Positions 12,926-25,731 of a stretch of 64,000 nucleotides of DNA are shown here, one piece after another (position 1 is the first letter of the stretch; every line of letters begins with the position of its first letter). Position numbers and translations under genes: made by a program. This stretch comes from Geosiphon pyriformis uo1. Lineage: Eukaryota; Fungi; Glomeromycota. The DNA lies in contig JAAOMT010000768.1 of the NCBI GenBank assembly GCA_016748015.1, positions 1 to 64,000 on the forward strand. Reading direction: 5' to 3'. The notes beneath the pieces are model-generated. The model saw only the letters and a list, made by a program, of their open reading frames with translations, was not told the DNA's origin and did not search any database.

Positions 12926-14149
12926 TCTTGTTTCTTGGAAAGATCTGGTAGTGCAATGTATTGTTTGTAGTTTGAATCGGAGTTTGAATCTGAGTTGGAA
13001 TCATTGTCGTTATCATTGCTATTTTGAATGGAGCTTGAACCGTTGTTGTTATTGTTATTGTTGGAGTTTGAATTGCGATTGATCAGTGATTCTGATTCTG
13101 ATGCACAGCTGCTGATTGGTTCTTCTTCTTCAGGGATTGAGTAGATCATGTGTGGTGGTGAATTGTAAATGAGGTCACAATTGTCACAATATTCAAAGTC
13201 ACTGGAAATTAAACAATGGTGACACAGTCTTGTATTTAACTGTGCTAGCTGTTGTTCTTGCTCTTCTCTAGTGGGTGCCAAGTTTTGGTAGTGTTCATGG
13301 AACTCTTCTGGTTCCAGAAAATTTATGACTGGCTCTGCATCCCAGTCAAGCTCGATGAGTTCTGGTGGATTGTTTTTAATTGTTTGGATTTTTTCTGGCA
13401 ATGCGCTTTCAATTTTGGTGGTTGTCATTCTCCAAATTTTGTCATCATCATGTGGACAGCTATCTAATTGTCATACTGCTCTTTGCCAAGCGGCTTCAAT
13501 TGGTGTTCCTTTTTTAACCCAGTTGCTGATCAGAATCGTGTATTGACATAATACATCGCACATTCTTCCACATCCAGGAATGTCATGCCACATTCCTTTG
13601 TTCAAGAAAGTCTCTCCACAAGCTAAACATGATTGGTTGTCCCATTTTCCTACTTGTTTTGGTCTTTCAAAGCATTCAAGGATGCATGGGTGGCAATAGA
13701 ACCTAGTTGTCATTGAATATTCCTTATTGTCTCCACAGTATATGCCCATTGATGACAATTTCTTGTCACAATCGACGCATATAAGCTTAGGTTGACAATA
13801 AGTAGATCATTGTGGTATAGTGTAGGGGTTATAAGCGGTGGTGGTTTGGGTGGTCTCTTCTTCTCTTTTTTTCCCTTTTCTTTTATCCTCTTTGTTTTCT
13901 TTGTCCTCTTCCCATTCCCAGCTTGAAGTTGGTTTGCTCTCGTCATTGTCGGTCCATGTCAGGTCATCGGTTTTCCAGGTAAGTTCTTTCTTTTGTTTCC
14001 CTTTTCTCTTGTTGTTGTCATTCCAGGAGAGTATTGGTGGTAGTTCGTTGTGCTCTTCGTCAGCCCATAACACTTGGTAGGCTTTCCAGGTAGGTTTTTC
14101 TTTCTTATCCTCCAGTTTGATCAATAGTTTCTCTCTTGGAGGAGTTTTG

Positions 14150-16887
14150 AAGTAGCCACATGTGGCTGGGACATATATGTGTTGGCCTTGATATGTTAGC
14201 TGGAGTTTCTGGATGTTCCAGTCTAACATTGCATTGACTTTGGATAGCCAGTCATTACCAATGAGAGCTTGGTATTGAATGGCTTCTATCACTAGAACTT
14301 TAATGGAAGTTACAATGCCATTGACTTTAAAAGGGAAGTCATCAATTTTGCCGATTGGAGTTTTGGTCACTCTGTCAGTTGTGATGATTCTGACACTGGC
14401 AGCTTAATCAACTTGGCGACCTAATTGATCCATGAGTTGTTGTGTAATGATGCAGCCTGTAGAACCACTGTCTAAGATCAATTTGATGGATTGTTCTTCA
14501 ACTTTGGCGTCAGTATACATCGCAGTAATTGGTTTGGCTTCAAGAGCGGCTCTACTGAATAATGGTGTTGCAGCTGTTTCTTCAAATTTGAATGGGAATA
14601 TAGTGACCAATGACTCGTCTTCGGTGATGGTAGCAGGTGAGATATTACTGGTGAGTGGTTGTTTTTGGGCAAATGCCAGGTTATTGGTTGAAGCGTCTTC
14701 TGGAATAACCAGGAGACTTAAATAGTTCTGGAAATTTGGGTTCTGGGGTTGACTGGTACCCGAATTCCACTGGCATAATCCAGATGGTTGTTGTGAAGAA
14801 CTGGGGATCAGTTGATGGACTACTATCACTGATCTCCAGCTCTGTTAAGTCATTCTTGGTCTTTGGGTTCCGTTGGGTGGTAAGCTTTGGGGTGGTGTTT
14901 GGATTTGTTGGGGTTGATAGATTATTTGTGGCTGCGGTTGTTGATAAATCACTTGTGGCTGTGGTTGATAGATTGGAGCTTGATATACTGGAGACTAATA
15001 GACTGATGACTGTGTCACTGGTAGGTAAGTGGGTGGGTTTTGATTTGGGTACTAATTCAGAGTTTGAAACCTGCAATCGGGGTTTCGATATGGATTTCCC
15101 AATCGTTGGTTATTTAAACACTGGCAACAGTCAATTTGGATATGTTCTTGTTTACCACAATAGTGGCAAATATGCATTTCCTGTTGCCACTGTTGATTGG
15201 TTGAGGAAGATAGATGGGTTTAATTTTGGGCATAATTAGAGTTTCCTTGATTATTGCATCGTTGTGGAGGCTGATAAATAATGTGATTGTCAGCTAAGTA
15301 TTCTTCCAATTTCTTATTGATTAATTCACTGAACTTCTCCAATTTAGAATCCAATTCAGATGATCTATTTATTACTAGATTGACAGCTTAGGCGTGGTTA
15401 GCCTTTGACTCAGCAAATTCAAAATCTCTGGCGCGTGTGACTGCGTCTTGAAAGGTGTCTAGATACAACGGACATACATGTTGCAAGATGCTGTAGTACA
15501 GGCCATGAATAAACTGATTGAGTATCTGTGGGACTGTGAAATAGTTGTCATCAATTGCTTGAATTTGGTGTAGGTTTTGATGGAAGTGTCCCAGGTAAGT
15601 GGTGACTGCTTCAGTTTTTCCTTGTTTTATGGTGATGAATATATTGACTAGACGATTGATACTGTTATTGTTGCTGAAGTATCTTAGGAATTCTGTTTTG
15701 AAGGCATTGAAATCTTGTGGTTTATTAACCAAGCTCTGATACCATAAATTGGTGGTATCTTTGAGAAAGTAGGGAATGGCTTGCATGGCTTGGGCGTCAT
15801 TCCATCCGTTTGCTATGATGGCCTTTTCTACATCGTTCAGCCATACTTAAGTGTTATCCTCTTTGCCAGTAAAGTTGTTGAGTTTTGTGATTGGTGCATA
15901 GGCTATTGGATCTAAGTTAGGTGGTTGTGGTGGCTGTTGAAGCAGTTGTTGTTGTACTGGGTGTTGAGGTGATAGTTGAAGTGGCTGTTGTATGAATTCA
16001 GCTACTGGATTAATTGGCAGTTGATTGATGACAATTACTGAAGGTAAGTTTTGCTAATTAATTAATTTGGGGTTTGGATTGTTCTGCTTTTGCTGATTCA
16101 GAGTTCTGATTTCCGAATTTTCTATATTTAATTTTTGCTGAGCTTGAAGATTCAGGGTTTCAACTTCCGGGTTTTCAGTGCTCAGGTTTTGGTAAGTGAA
16201 TTTTTGATCCTCTGATTCTTCTTCCTTTCTTTCTGATTCTGCCGCTTCTCACAGATCAGAGATTCCGAAATCTGGTGGAGGTGGTAGTGATCGAAGTCCT
16301 GATAGAGTTGATGATCATGAATTAAATCCCTCAAAGTATTCGCTGTATGGTCCTAGTAATTCTGTTTTTCTTTGTCTACTTTGGAATGGGAATTGTCCAA
16401 ATGTTGATGTCGCAGTTGATGTGAATGTGTCTGTTGATGATATGTTAATGGTGCTTCCAGGTGTATAGTGGTAGAATAAGTTGCTTGGGGATTCAACTCT
16501 GTTTTTCTTCCAAGCAGGTGGCAGTATTTTTCTGGGTGTTTCTGCTGGTGTTTGTAATTTTCCCTTGCCTTTACTAGCATATGTAATTGGATATCTTTGT
16601 TAAGTGTGGTGTTCAATTTCTTTGTTGATTTCAGTGATGATGGATGCAAAATTATGATTTGTTGGTAGGTTGGTGTTTTGAATTAATTCCTTATAGAAAG
16701 TTTCTCTTGCTGATTCAGTATTCACCAGTGTTTCTAATAAAGAGGAAATCTTTTTGTTGAAGTAGAAATTGAAGGCTAATTCGGCGAATATATGATTGTG
16801 GTTTAATCCCAAGTATTGACAATAGTGTTGAAATAAGGATTTTGCGAATCCTAAATGGTTTGCTCCTATGTTTTCTGATTCTGCCAC
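14150..16887 (-). pseudogene. Element 1 Gag (N-terminal extension, capsid, CCHC knuckle) and aspartic protease
   Basis: AIPYFLKDT..LWY; CHYCGKQEHIQIDC near 15170; LILDSGSTG near 14470; LIGNDWL. Confidence 0.85.
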
Positions 16888-16930
16888 TTTTGTTTTGGTG
16901 TTGTCGGTGCTGGTTCTCTGTAGGATTATA

Positions 16931-16947
16931 CCTCACAGGGAGCACCA
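16931..16947 (-). promoter_or_regulatory. Primer-binding site TGGTGCTCCCTGTGAGG
   Basis: 2 nt after the 5' LTR; complementary to a tRNA 3' end ...CCUCACAGGGAGCACCA (Ile-UAU or elongator-Met-like, unresolved); near-identical PBS in element 5 (56246-56262). Confidence 0.85.
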
Positions 16948-16949
16948 AA

Positions 16950-17825
16950 TGTTACAGGTGATTATTTCTGCTGTTGAATTAAATAACAAAACCTGTAACT
17001 TGGTGCTCAAAAGCTAATTCTGTTAATGCAGTTCTGTAAGTGTTGTATCTGAAGGTTTTACTGGAGTCTGAAGATTTTGGTTGAGTCCTTTGTATAATAG
17101 ACAGAGATTCAATAGTGTTGATATCTTCCAAAAGTTTTCCCAATTTCTTTCTCAACGTGGTGGTTGGATTTAGTCTGGCAGTCGTGCCCTTCTGATAAGC
17201 TATCCGATAATATATAAAATTTTACCCTTATTTCTGGGTCTTTTACCAGGCTATTCTTGATGTCAATAACTCAGTGCTTAATTTTCAATCAATTAGTATA
17301 CAACAATAAATCAAAATAAAATAAAGAAAAGAAATAAAAGAAAATAAAGAAATCAAAGAAATAAGCCAAGGCAATTTGCAGATTAGTATCCCATCAATAG
17401 CCACGATTAAGAGCTATTGTTCCAGCATGATTAAATAGCAATTATTATCAACATGAAGAGTTAATAGTGGGGAGTGGATTGAGATATGAAATAATTATTT
17501 ATTTAATGATTGCATTTTTTAGGCTAAGGATTCTGTGGTATTGATCCTGTTTTTTCTGTTTCTAATACTACTACTATATATACATAATTGAGATTCCTCA
17601 ATTTCTTAATTCTTCATGACAGGAATCCTGGAATTCTTGGAATCCTGCAATTCCTTTGAGAAGAATCCTGGAATTCTGGAATTCTGTAATTCTTTGTCGG
17701 GGAATCCTGAAATTCCTGGAATTCTGCGATTTTTAAGAGGAATCCTAGAATTTCACATTTACTACGCCTACTTCTGATTGGCTAATCATTAGACTAATAT
17801 ATTTTTTATATTTCTATGAGTAACA
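16950..17825 (-). repeat. 5' LTR of element 1
   Basis: Direct repeat of 7662-8537, followed by the PBS. Confidence 0.95.
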
Positions 17826-20800
17826 TTGTTAAAGAAATTAATAAATTTCTCACATATTTTGATATACTGCAAACTGGTTTTTAAATAGAATTAATCAACA
17901 AAATTATATGTTTTGTATATGTTTTGTAATACCAATTAAATTTTTTTATTCTTTTTCAAAGCATCTTTAATTATTAAGCCAATAACAAAAACAAAAAACT
18001 ACATCAAAGTACTTTTTAAAACAGAAAAATTGTCATTACAAAAACATTAAATCAGTTATATACAAATAAGATCCAATCTGAAAAAATTTTTAAAAAAATT
18101 TTCTTAGCTGTTTCAATTAGAGTAATTAGCTTAATGTTTATAAAAACTCTATTCTACTTATTAAATTTAGATATTATAGAAACTTATGTATTTTTTTATA
18201 AAATTGATATTGTATCCAAAAATAAATATGAGTTTAAAAAAACTAAAAGACATTTAATAATATTTTTATTATAATGTTTTTACAGTTTATTTAAAATATT
18301 ATTTAGACCAGCAGTTTTTCTATCTAGCAAATCTTTTATTACATAAACTAATTTTTTAAAACCAATAACACTTATAATTTTTAAAAAGACTTCATTGTTT
18401 ATATGATTCAAAGAGCATATTAATTAACCCAGAGCCCTAACAATAATTCAAAAATCATATATTTTTTGGTCTAATCTTTTATAATAATATTTACTTTAGA
18501 TTTAACTTTATTAGGCTTTAAAACCAGTTTTTTATTAACTCTTAAATAATCTAATATCATCTTATAAAACAGCTTTTTTAATACATTTCTAATTATGCAG
18601 TCTTTATTCAAACAAAAATTTTCTATTTTTTTCTTAATTAGACATTTAATAGTAATTGTTTTAATAGCTTTAAACTTATACAATTTGGACTTATAATAAT
18701 TTTTTCTGATCTTAAACATAATAACTAAAAACATTTATTAACTTAGTCTTATCTTGAATTATAATTTGTATTTTAAAAGTTTTATTCCTATTAACAACTA
18801 GTTAAATATAAAATAAAGTATCAGTTTTAAACATATCATTAGATTTAAAAAATTTTATTACTTTGATAACTAATAATTCCAATTTGAAAAACTTTAATAA
18901 CTGTTTATTAAAAGAATATTTGATCTTATTATACCAATATTTAAAGAATATCTTATTAGTTGATTCCACTATTACATTTCTTAAAAGATTATACATAATA
19001 TTTAAATTATTTTTTCTATTTGTTTTATTGAACTTATTAATTATTAAATAGAGTTTAATTAAAAAAAAATCATGAAAATTATTCTATTTACTATTATTAA
19101 CATCTCCAATCTTAAATTTCTAATAATTTTTATTAACTTGTTTATGCATACTATTTAAACAAATATTTAAAAAACCATTCAGATCAACTAAAACCAAAAC
19201 AGTCTTGTAATTAATATTAAAGAAGTCAAATACAGAGTTAATTTTATGTCTAATAACTGCAAATGACAAATTTTTACTTATAAAAATATAATCTATAATC
19301 TTCTTAACACTTTTAAAGTTGTTTTAAGTAAAAGCTTTAATCAGTAAATATTCATTAAAAAAATTAACTAAATTCAAATTCACATAAAACTTGAAATTCA
19401 TATTTTTTTAAATCTATTTTCATTAAAATCTTTATTCAGAACTATAAAAGTACTGAAATTAACAACTTAAGCAATAAAAAAGTCGATTTTTAATATCTAA
19501 TTAAATCTAGATTTAACAGAAGCATTAACATATAAACCTAAAATTATAACTGAAATTTTGTCTTTAAAAAAAAGCTATATCAAAACAACATAATTAAAAA
19601 TTTTTTTTATCTTAGAGATATGTTAAACCAGAAAATTGTTCATAATAACAGTTATTTTAGCACCAAGAAATTTTTATTTAAACCAAATGTAAAATTTTGT
19701 ACTCTATCAAACTTATCTACAATTTATAATCTAATACTAAATCTTAATTTTGTTTTTATAATAATAAAAACCATATTATCCAGACTTGTATGCCAATAAA
19801 CAACATTTTTTTGTTTTATAAAAACATTAATACCTCAAATATTACACATAGCAAACTTTCATATTAAATCAGTTATTAAAATAAAAAAACCATTAGAGAT
19901 TCTAAGCCAAAGCACAATTAATTCAATCTTACTAAAACTAAATTAACCAAAATTTTAAGAGTCATTATTTTTAATTTCAAGCTATTTATTTTAGTAATCA
20001 GAATCTTTGAGCTATTTAAACTTAAATCCAAAATCTTATTTTTTATAACTAAAAAAGGAAAAATAAGTAACATTAATAGGTTTTTTAAAACCATATTTAA
20101 ATCCGAATTCAAATTCAATAGTACAGAAACAATTAAATAAGAAAATTAAAAAACAAATACTAAAAACACCAGATTTATAACACTTAATTTTTCTATAATT
20201 TCCAATATTCAATTAGCCCAAAAGCTCTAAAAAACATTCTAAAAAAGCTAAATGAGTCACAATAAAAAAATTGTCTTAACCAACCAATAAATTTTATTTA
20301 TTATGAAAAATATTAGAAAGAAAAAATCCAGAACTAGAATCAAAACAAGTATTATTAGTAAAAACAGTAAATAAAACCACTTGCTCTTATAATTTGTCAC
20401 TAAAAATAACAAAACAAAAAATAAAAATATTTTTTTAACATATAATCTGATCAACTAAAGACAATTTTTATCTAAAGCAACTCTTTTATATGTTTTCAAA
20501 GAAGACAAGATAAAAATATCTAATATATTACACTTTAAATTAAATGTTTAAATTATTCCCACTTTTTATATTAAACTAAATTCATTCTAATTTAAGAGAG
20601 TTTTACACTACCAAAAATTGACTCTGTATAAAAAACAAACTCTAGTTTTTTATTTAATTCAAAACCAATTACAGTACAACAAATTTTATTGCTAAAATCA
20701 AATAATTAATTTATAATATAAGTTTTTTTACAAGTTTTTTTTAATAAAGCACCAAGATTATAAACAGTTGTTTTTACAAACAAAGTAAACAAAAACATCT

Positions 20801-21950
20801 TAAACCAGTTCTTAAATATTCAAACATTACAATTTTTTAGTTTTTACTATATATATTAAATCTTTTTTAATTAAGAATGACTACTTTACTGCTAACTGAT
20901 TTGCTTAAACTAATTTGGTAAACTTTATTACAGCCTTTTGTCATAGTTCAATTAATTACAATTGAATTAACTTAATTTGACTAAACTCAGATACTACAAT
21001 AATAATTATTTCTTTTAACATATCTATAAAAATATTTTAATTACCATAGCTTAATCTAATCTAATTTTTTGTTTTTTAATATTACTGTTTATAATGTTTT
21101 TTTTTTCTTAATCAATAATATAACTTTTTTCATGCTTTTTTTTTAATGTAAATATATATTTAATTATCTTTTCAAATTTTAAAAGAGTACTAATTCTCCT
21201 AAAACTATTAATTATTGAAAAAATTTTCGAATTTTTTGAGTTTTGTCCATTGTTAATTTGTTTTCTATTACTAATAAATTAATATATAAGGCAAAAAATT
21301 TTTTAATAACCACTTTTACTTAAGTTTTAACAATTTTAAGATTAATTTATTTCTTTTTTAAAGATATATTGAAAAAAGATAGGAGGAATTTAATCTTTTT
21401 TTTTATGTTAAAGTTAAGAAAACCAAGAAAAATATCATAAATTGTGTTAGTACTTATTCTATTGGCTTTAAAAATAGTTGCTGTTAAATCTAAAAAAGAT
21501 CTACTATTAATATCTTCCATAATAAAATTATCTTTACTATTACTAAACTTATTGTTCAAATCTGAATATATACTACCATAATCTAATTTAACCAATAATA
21601 TATCTTTTTTATCATCTAAATATTTAATATTACCAAAAATAACTCTTTTTTTCTGAGAAAAAAAGTCATTAACTAGATCATAAAAAGCCCTTTTGAACAT
21701 TTTCTTTTTAAATATACTATTGCTTAAAGCAGTTTTTAAGTTTACAATAAAGAAATTATTGAAATAAAAAATATTAATAAATAAATAACAAAAAAAACAA
21801 AAAACTTTTTTTACAAAATTATGCTCTTTAGGAAATTTAAAACATAAAAAAGAAAGAAGTTTATTAATAGTTTTGTAAAAAATATAAAGTATTAATATAA
21901 AAAAAACTTCTTTCTTTTTTTTGTCCAAATTCTCCAAAAAACAATTTTTT
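17826..21950 (-). mobile_element. LINE copy 2, 5' part (ORF1, APE endonuclease, RT N-terminus), heavily decayed
   Basis: APE start KFAMCNI*GINV...WH near 19860; ORF1 remnants 21937-20250 homologous to 22030-24080. Confidence 0.7.
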
Positions 21951-21959
21951 GAAAAAGAA

Positions 21960-24082
21960 GTTTTTGTTTTTTACCTTGTTTTATTATTTTCGACATTTTT
22001 TAAGCTAATAATTTTTTTGTAGTAGACCTGAAAGCTGCTTCAAATAGCAGTAGGTTTAAGAAAAAAACTCCAAAAGATGCTCTTCATAATTCAGTTGGTG
22101 GTATTTTTTTTCAAAAGAAAAAAGTTTTAGTTGATAATATTAAGCATTCTGAAGATTAAAAAAATATTTTTCTGGTGTTACCAGAGGTTTTTGGTCTCTT
22201 TTCTTAAATGTTGTTAATGTTGATTTGTTGTGAATTCACGTTTCCAGGAAGTAGTTGAACCTCCAGTAACTGAATTTATCTTCAAATTATCTCCTATAAT
22301 TTGAATTTGCTGGACTTATGAGTGGAATGGCCAATTCTATGCCAGTTGCTTTATGTAGTTACATTGTAGTAAACGTCAACTCTTTCCCAGGAATTGCTCG
22401 TTTGGAAGCTCACTAAAAATGTGTAGTTACTTTGCTGTAAAAGTCAACTCTTCTACAGGAATCTCGTCTGTAAGCTACCCGACTGATTGTAATAAGAAAA
22501 AAAAAGAAAAATAAAAGAAATGTAGAAGAAATAGGATTTTGTCAAGAGAAACGTTTTTCTATTCAGGCCTGGAGTCACTAACAGATTATTGAAATTGGTA
22601 GCTAATCAATTTTAAAACATTAGTTGGGTTTTGAGGATTTTCTAAGTGCAATAATTAAAGAATTTGGTTTTTCGAATTATTTGATATTTATTTTTTTTTG
22701 TGTGTGTAGAAATGGTTCTAAGTGATAAATCTAAAGTAAGATACATTTTCTCGAAGAGAGAAGCTCTTCTTTTATACAACTTGTCGTAACACTATTCTAT
22801 GAACTTGAACTTTGCTATTTTCTACAATTTTGTTGAACTAAAAATACATTTCGGTGAACTACAAGTTATTTCTACAAACTATTAGATATTTCAGTAAACT
22901 ATCAATTATTTCTACAAATTTCTACAAATTTCAGCGAACTTTTGAATGTTATATAGTTCAGGATATTGCATGATTTGATCATCATAATTAGGTTACATTT
23001 GTGTTGTGTATAAATTGAATTATTAATTAATGATAATTTCAGACATTTTGCTAATGTAATAAGTAATAATTTGAAATGATAATATATTAATTAATGATAG
23101 AAATTATAAAAATAATTTCATGCTAAATAATATCTCTAATTTTGTCTGGTAACACTGGTTAAATTTAGTTATATTAATAATGTCTATTCGAATATAGACA
23201 GTGTTTTTGGTAATAGTGAAGATGATAATGTTTTATTTAGTGTTGACAATAGTTTTTTTTTTAGTTTGGCAGCAAACACCCCTAAAGTTAAAAAAATTAA
23301 TACTGATCTGGTCTGTGGCTCTCCTTTTGGTTCAATTGGATAAAAATAGTGATCTTTTCTCTTCTCCTCTTAAAATATCTCTTGACAGAAAATAAGTTGA
23401 TTTTAAAATTTTCAAAACTCAGGTTGAAGTATATGTTAACAAATTCTTTGTTCTTAATATTAATCTTAGTGTTGTAAAAGGAAAATCTGTTATGACAAAA
23501 ACACAGGCTGTTAGAAAATTGTTTTTATCAATTAATAGTTTTGGAAGGGGCCACTACTTCTTCAAAATTTAAAAAAATCATCAGATCTATCTTTACTTCA
23601 GAGATTAGCATAAAGAAGGCCATTTCATTGGCCAAAGAGAATAAGATTATTGCAAATGTTAATGTCAAAAAACAAAAAATGTATTCAGATCAGACTGTGG
23701 TTATCAAAAAAATTCCCATAGATATGCCAAAGAAAATAATTGTTACTGCAATATCCGAATTTGGTAAAATTAAGTCAATTAAAATTTAGTTGATTGAAAT
23801 GTGACAGAAGACTGTAATAGAATTTGCCAAATTGAGTTAAGCTTAACAGTTGAGTGCTAAATGGTTTTTTTTGATTAAAAAAAATTCAGTGTATATGGCT
23901 ATGGCTGTAAAAAATTGTAATATCTGGGCATCCAAAGATCAGTTCAAGACTCTGTTATTTACTTTGCCTGTAGGAACAACTGCTTATAATTCAGGCACTT
24001 TTTTGGAAGGAGTTGGTAGTAAAACATGCATTATTAATTGATTACTTAATACTAGCAATTGAGTTTACTATGCTGTGGTCAG
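21960..24082 (+). mobile_element. LINE copy 3, 5' part (ORF1), interrupted by a solo LTR
   Basis: IPIDMPKKIIVTAISEFGKIKSIKI...LFTLPVGTTA RRM-like ORF1; head-to-head with LINE copy 2. Confidence 0.75.
22176..23154 (-). repeat. Solo LTR, family B/C (element 3 subtype)
   Basis: TGTTACCAGA...TCTGGTAACA; perfect 4-bp TSD CTGG (22172-22175, 23155-23158). Confidence 0.95.
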
Positions 24083-24763
24083 TATTACTCATAAAATATA
24101 GAAATTATATTAGTATATAAATTAACCAATCAGAAATAGACATAGTAAAATAAATTTCAAGATTCTTCTTAGAAAAATTACAGGATTTTAGGAATTACAG
24201 AATTCTTATATGAAGAATTATGAGATTTCAGAATTTCAGGATTTCTCTCAAGAAATTGCAGAATTCCAGAAATTTTAGAATTTCTGGTGAGAAAAATTGA
24301 GGAATTAAAGAATCTCAAATATGTATATATAGTAGTAATGTTAGAAGCAAAAAAAACAGATCTCTTAGTTTAAACTTTTCTTCCTATCTATTTCTTAATT
24401 ACTTTAAGAATAGTTTATATTCACTGAAATGAAATTATCAAATTATTAATAAAATACTTATCTACATTCAATTCATATTATTATTACTTGATTGAGAAAT
24501 ATTTATCAAACTCTAATTATCAATACATTATGTTAATAGCTATTAATACTTAACAACACTAAAACAATAACTCTTAATTACAGCTATTAATGGAATACTA
24601 ACTTAATTGCTTTGGACTAATTTTTTTATTTTCTTTTATTTTTTTTTATTTGTTTTATTGTTTACTAATTGATCAAAAATCAACACATGGAATTATTAAC
24701 ATCAAAAAAACTGGTAAAAAAACTGTAAAACAAGGGTAGAACACTTGCAAAATTAAAGATAGC
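24083..24763 (+). repeat. Truncated family-A-like LTR
   Basis: Starts TATTACTCATA (mutated TGTTACTC); GGAATTC-type repeats; cut by the element 2 LTR. Confidence 0.8.
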
Positions 24764-25731
24764 TGTTACTAGAGATTTTTGGTTTCTTTTCTTGAATGTT
24801 GTTAATGTTAATTTGCTGTAAATTCATGTTCTTAGGAAGTAGTTAGACCTCTAGTAACTGAATTTATTTTTAAATTATCTTCTATAATTTGAACTGCTGG
24901 GCTTATAAGTGGAATGGCCAATTCTGTGCTAGTTACTTTGTGTAATTACATTGTAGTAAATGTCAACTCTTTTTCAAGAATTGTTTATCTGAAAGCTCAC
25001 TAAAAATATGTAGTTACTTTGCTGTAAAAGTCAACTCTTCTACAGAAATTTCATCTGTAGGCTACCCTAATGATTATGATAAGAAAAAAAAAGAATAAAA
25101 AAAATATAAAAGAAATAGAATTTTATCAAGGGAAACGTTTTCTATCCAGGCCTGAAGTCACTAATAGTTTATTAAAATTGGTAGCTAATCAATTTTAAAA
25201 CGTTAGTTGTATTAAGAGAATTTCAAGTGTAATAATTTAAGAATTTGGTTTTTGAATATTTAATTTTTATTTAAATGTGTAAAAAGTGATTTGTTTCAAT
25301 TAATATATCTAAAGTAGGATGCTATGATAAAATACTATAAGAAAATATATTTTCTTGAAGAAAAAAACTTTTTTTTATACAACTTGTTATAGTACTAGTC
25401 TTTGAACTTGCACTTTTCTTTTTGCTACAATTTGGGTGAACTAAAGATACATTTCAGCAAATTTACAAATTATTTCACTGAATTATTGATTATTTCGGCA
25501 ATTTTTTATTAATTTCGGCGAATTTTGACTATGTTAAATGGTTAAAAGTATTGTGTAATTTGATCATCTTAATTTCTAGAGTACAAATCAGATTATTGAT
25601 TGAGTAATAATATTTGATAATTTGGTTAAATAATAAGTAATAATCGAATTAATAATAATATATGCTACTTAATAATAAGAATTATAAGGGTAATTTCATG
25701 CTAGTTAATGGCTAAAATTCTACTGGTAACA
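24764..25731 (-). repeat. 3' LTR of element 2
   Basis: Direct repeat of 43557-44531; PPT adjacent. Confidence 0.92.

Larger units (their letters stand above)
7662..17825 (-). mobile_element. Gypsy element 1 (Ty3/Gypsy LTR retrotransposon, family A), full length, inactivated
   Basis: Two 876-bp LTRs TGTTAC...GTAACA; TSD CTGT (7658-7661)/TTGT (17826-17829); PBS and PPT present; order gag-PR-Zn-dUTPase-RT-RH-IN-ORF3. Confidence 0.95.

Noticed and set aside
13000-13080. Asn/Ser/Asp-rich microsatellite-like run in element 1
   Set aside because: Low-complexity linker absent from elements 2 and 3; no independent significance
13252-15239. Plus-strand ORFs antisense to gag/pol, and ORFs antisense to genes A and B
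   Set aside because: Shadow frames of the real coding strand with biased composition and no motifs
17190-17260. CTGATAAG (family A) and CAGACGAG (family B/C) as hammerhead ribozyme cores
   Set aside because: No correctly placed stem II-GAAA-stem III-UH; the other el.1 LTR reads CTAGTAAG
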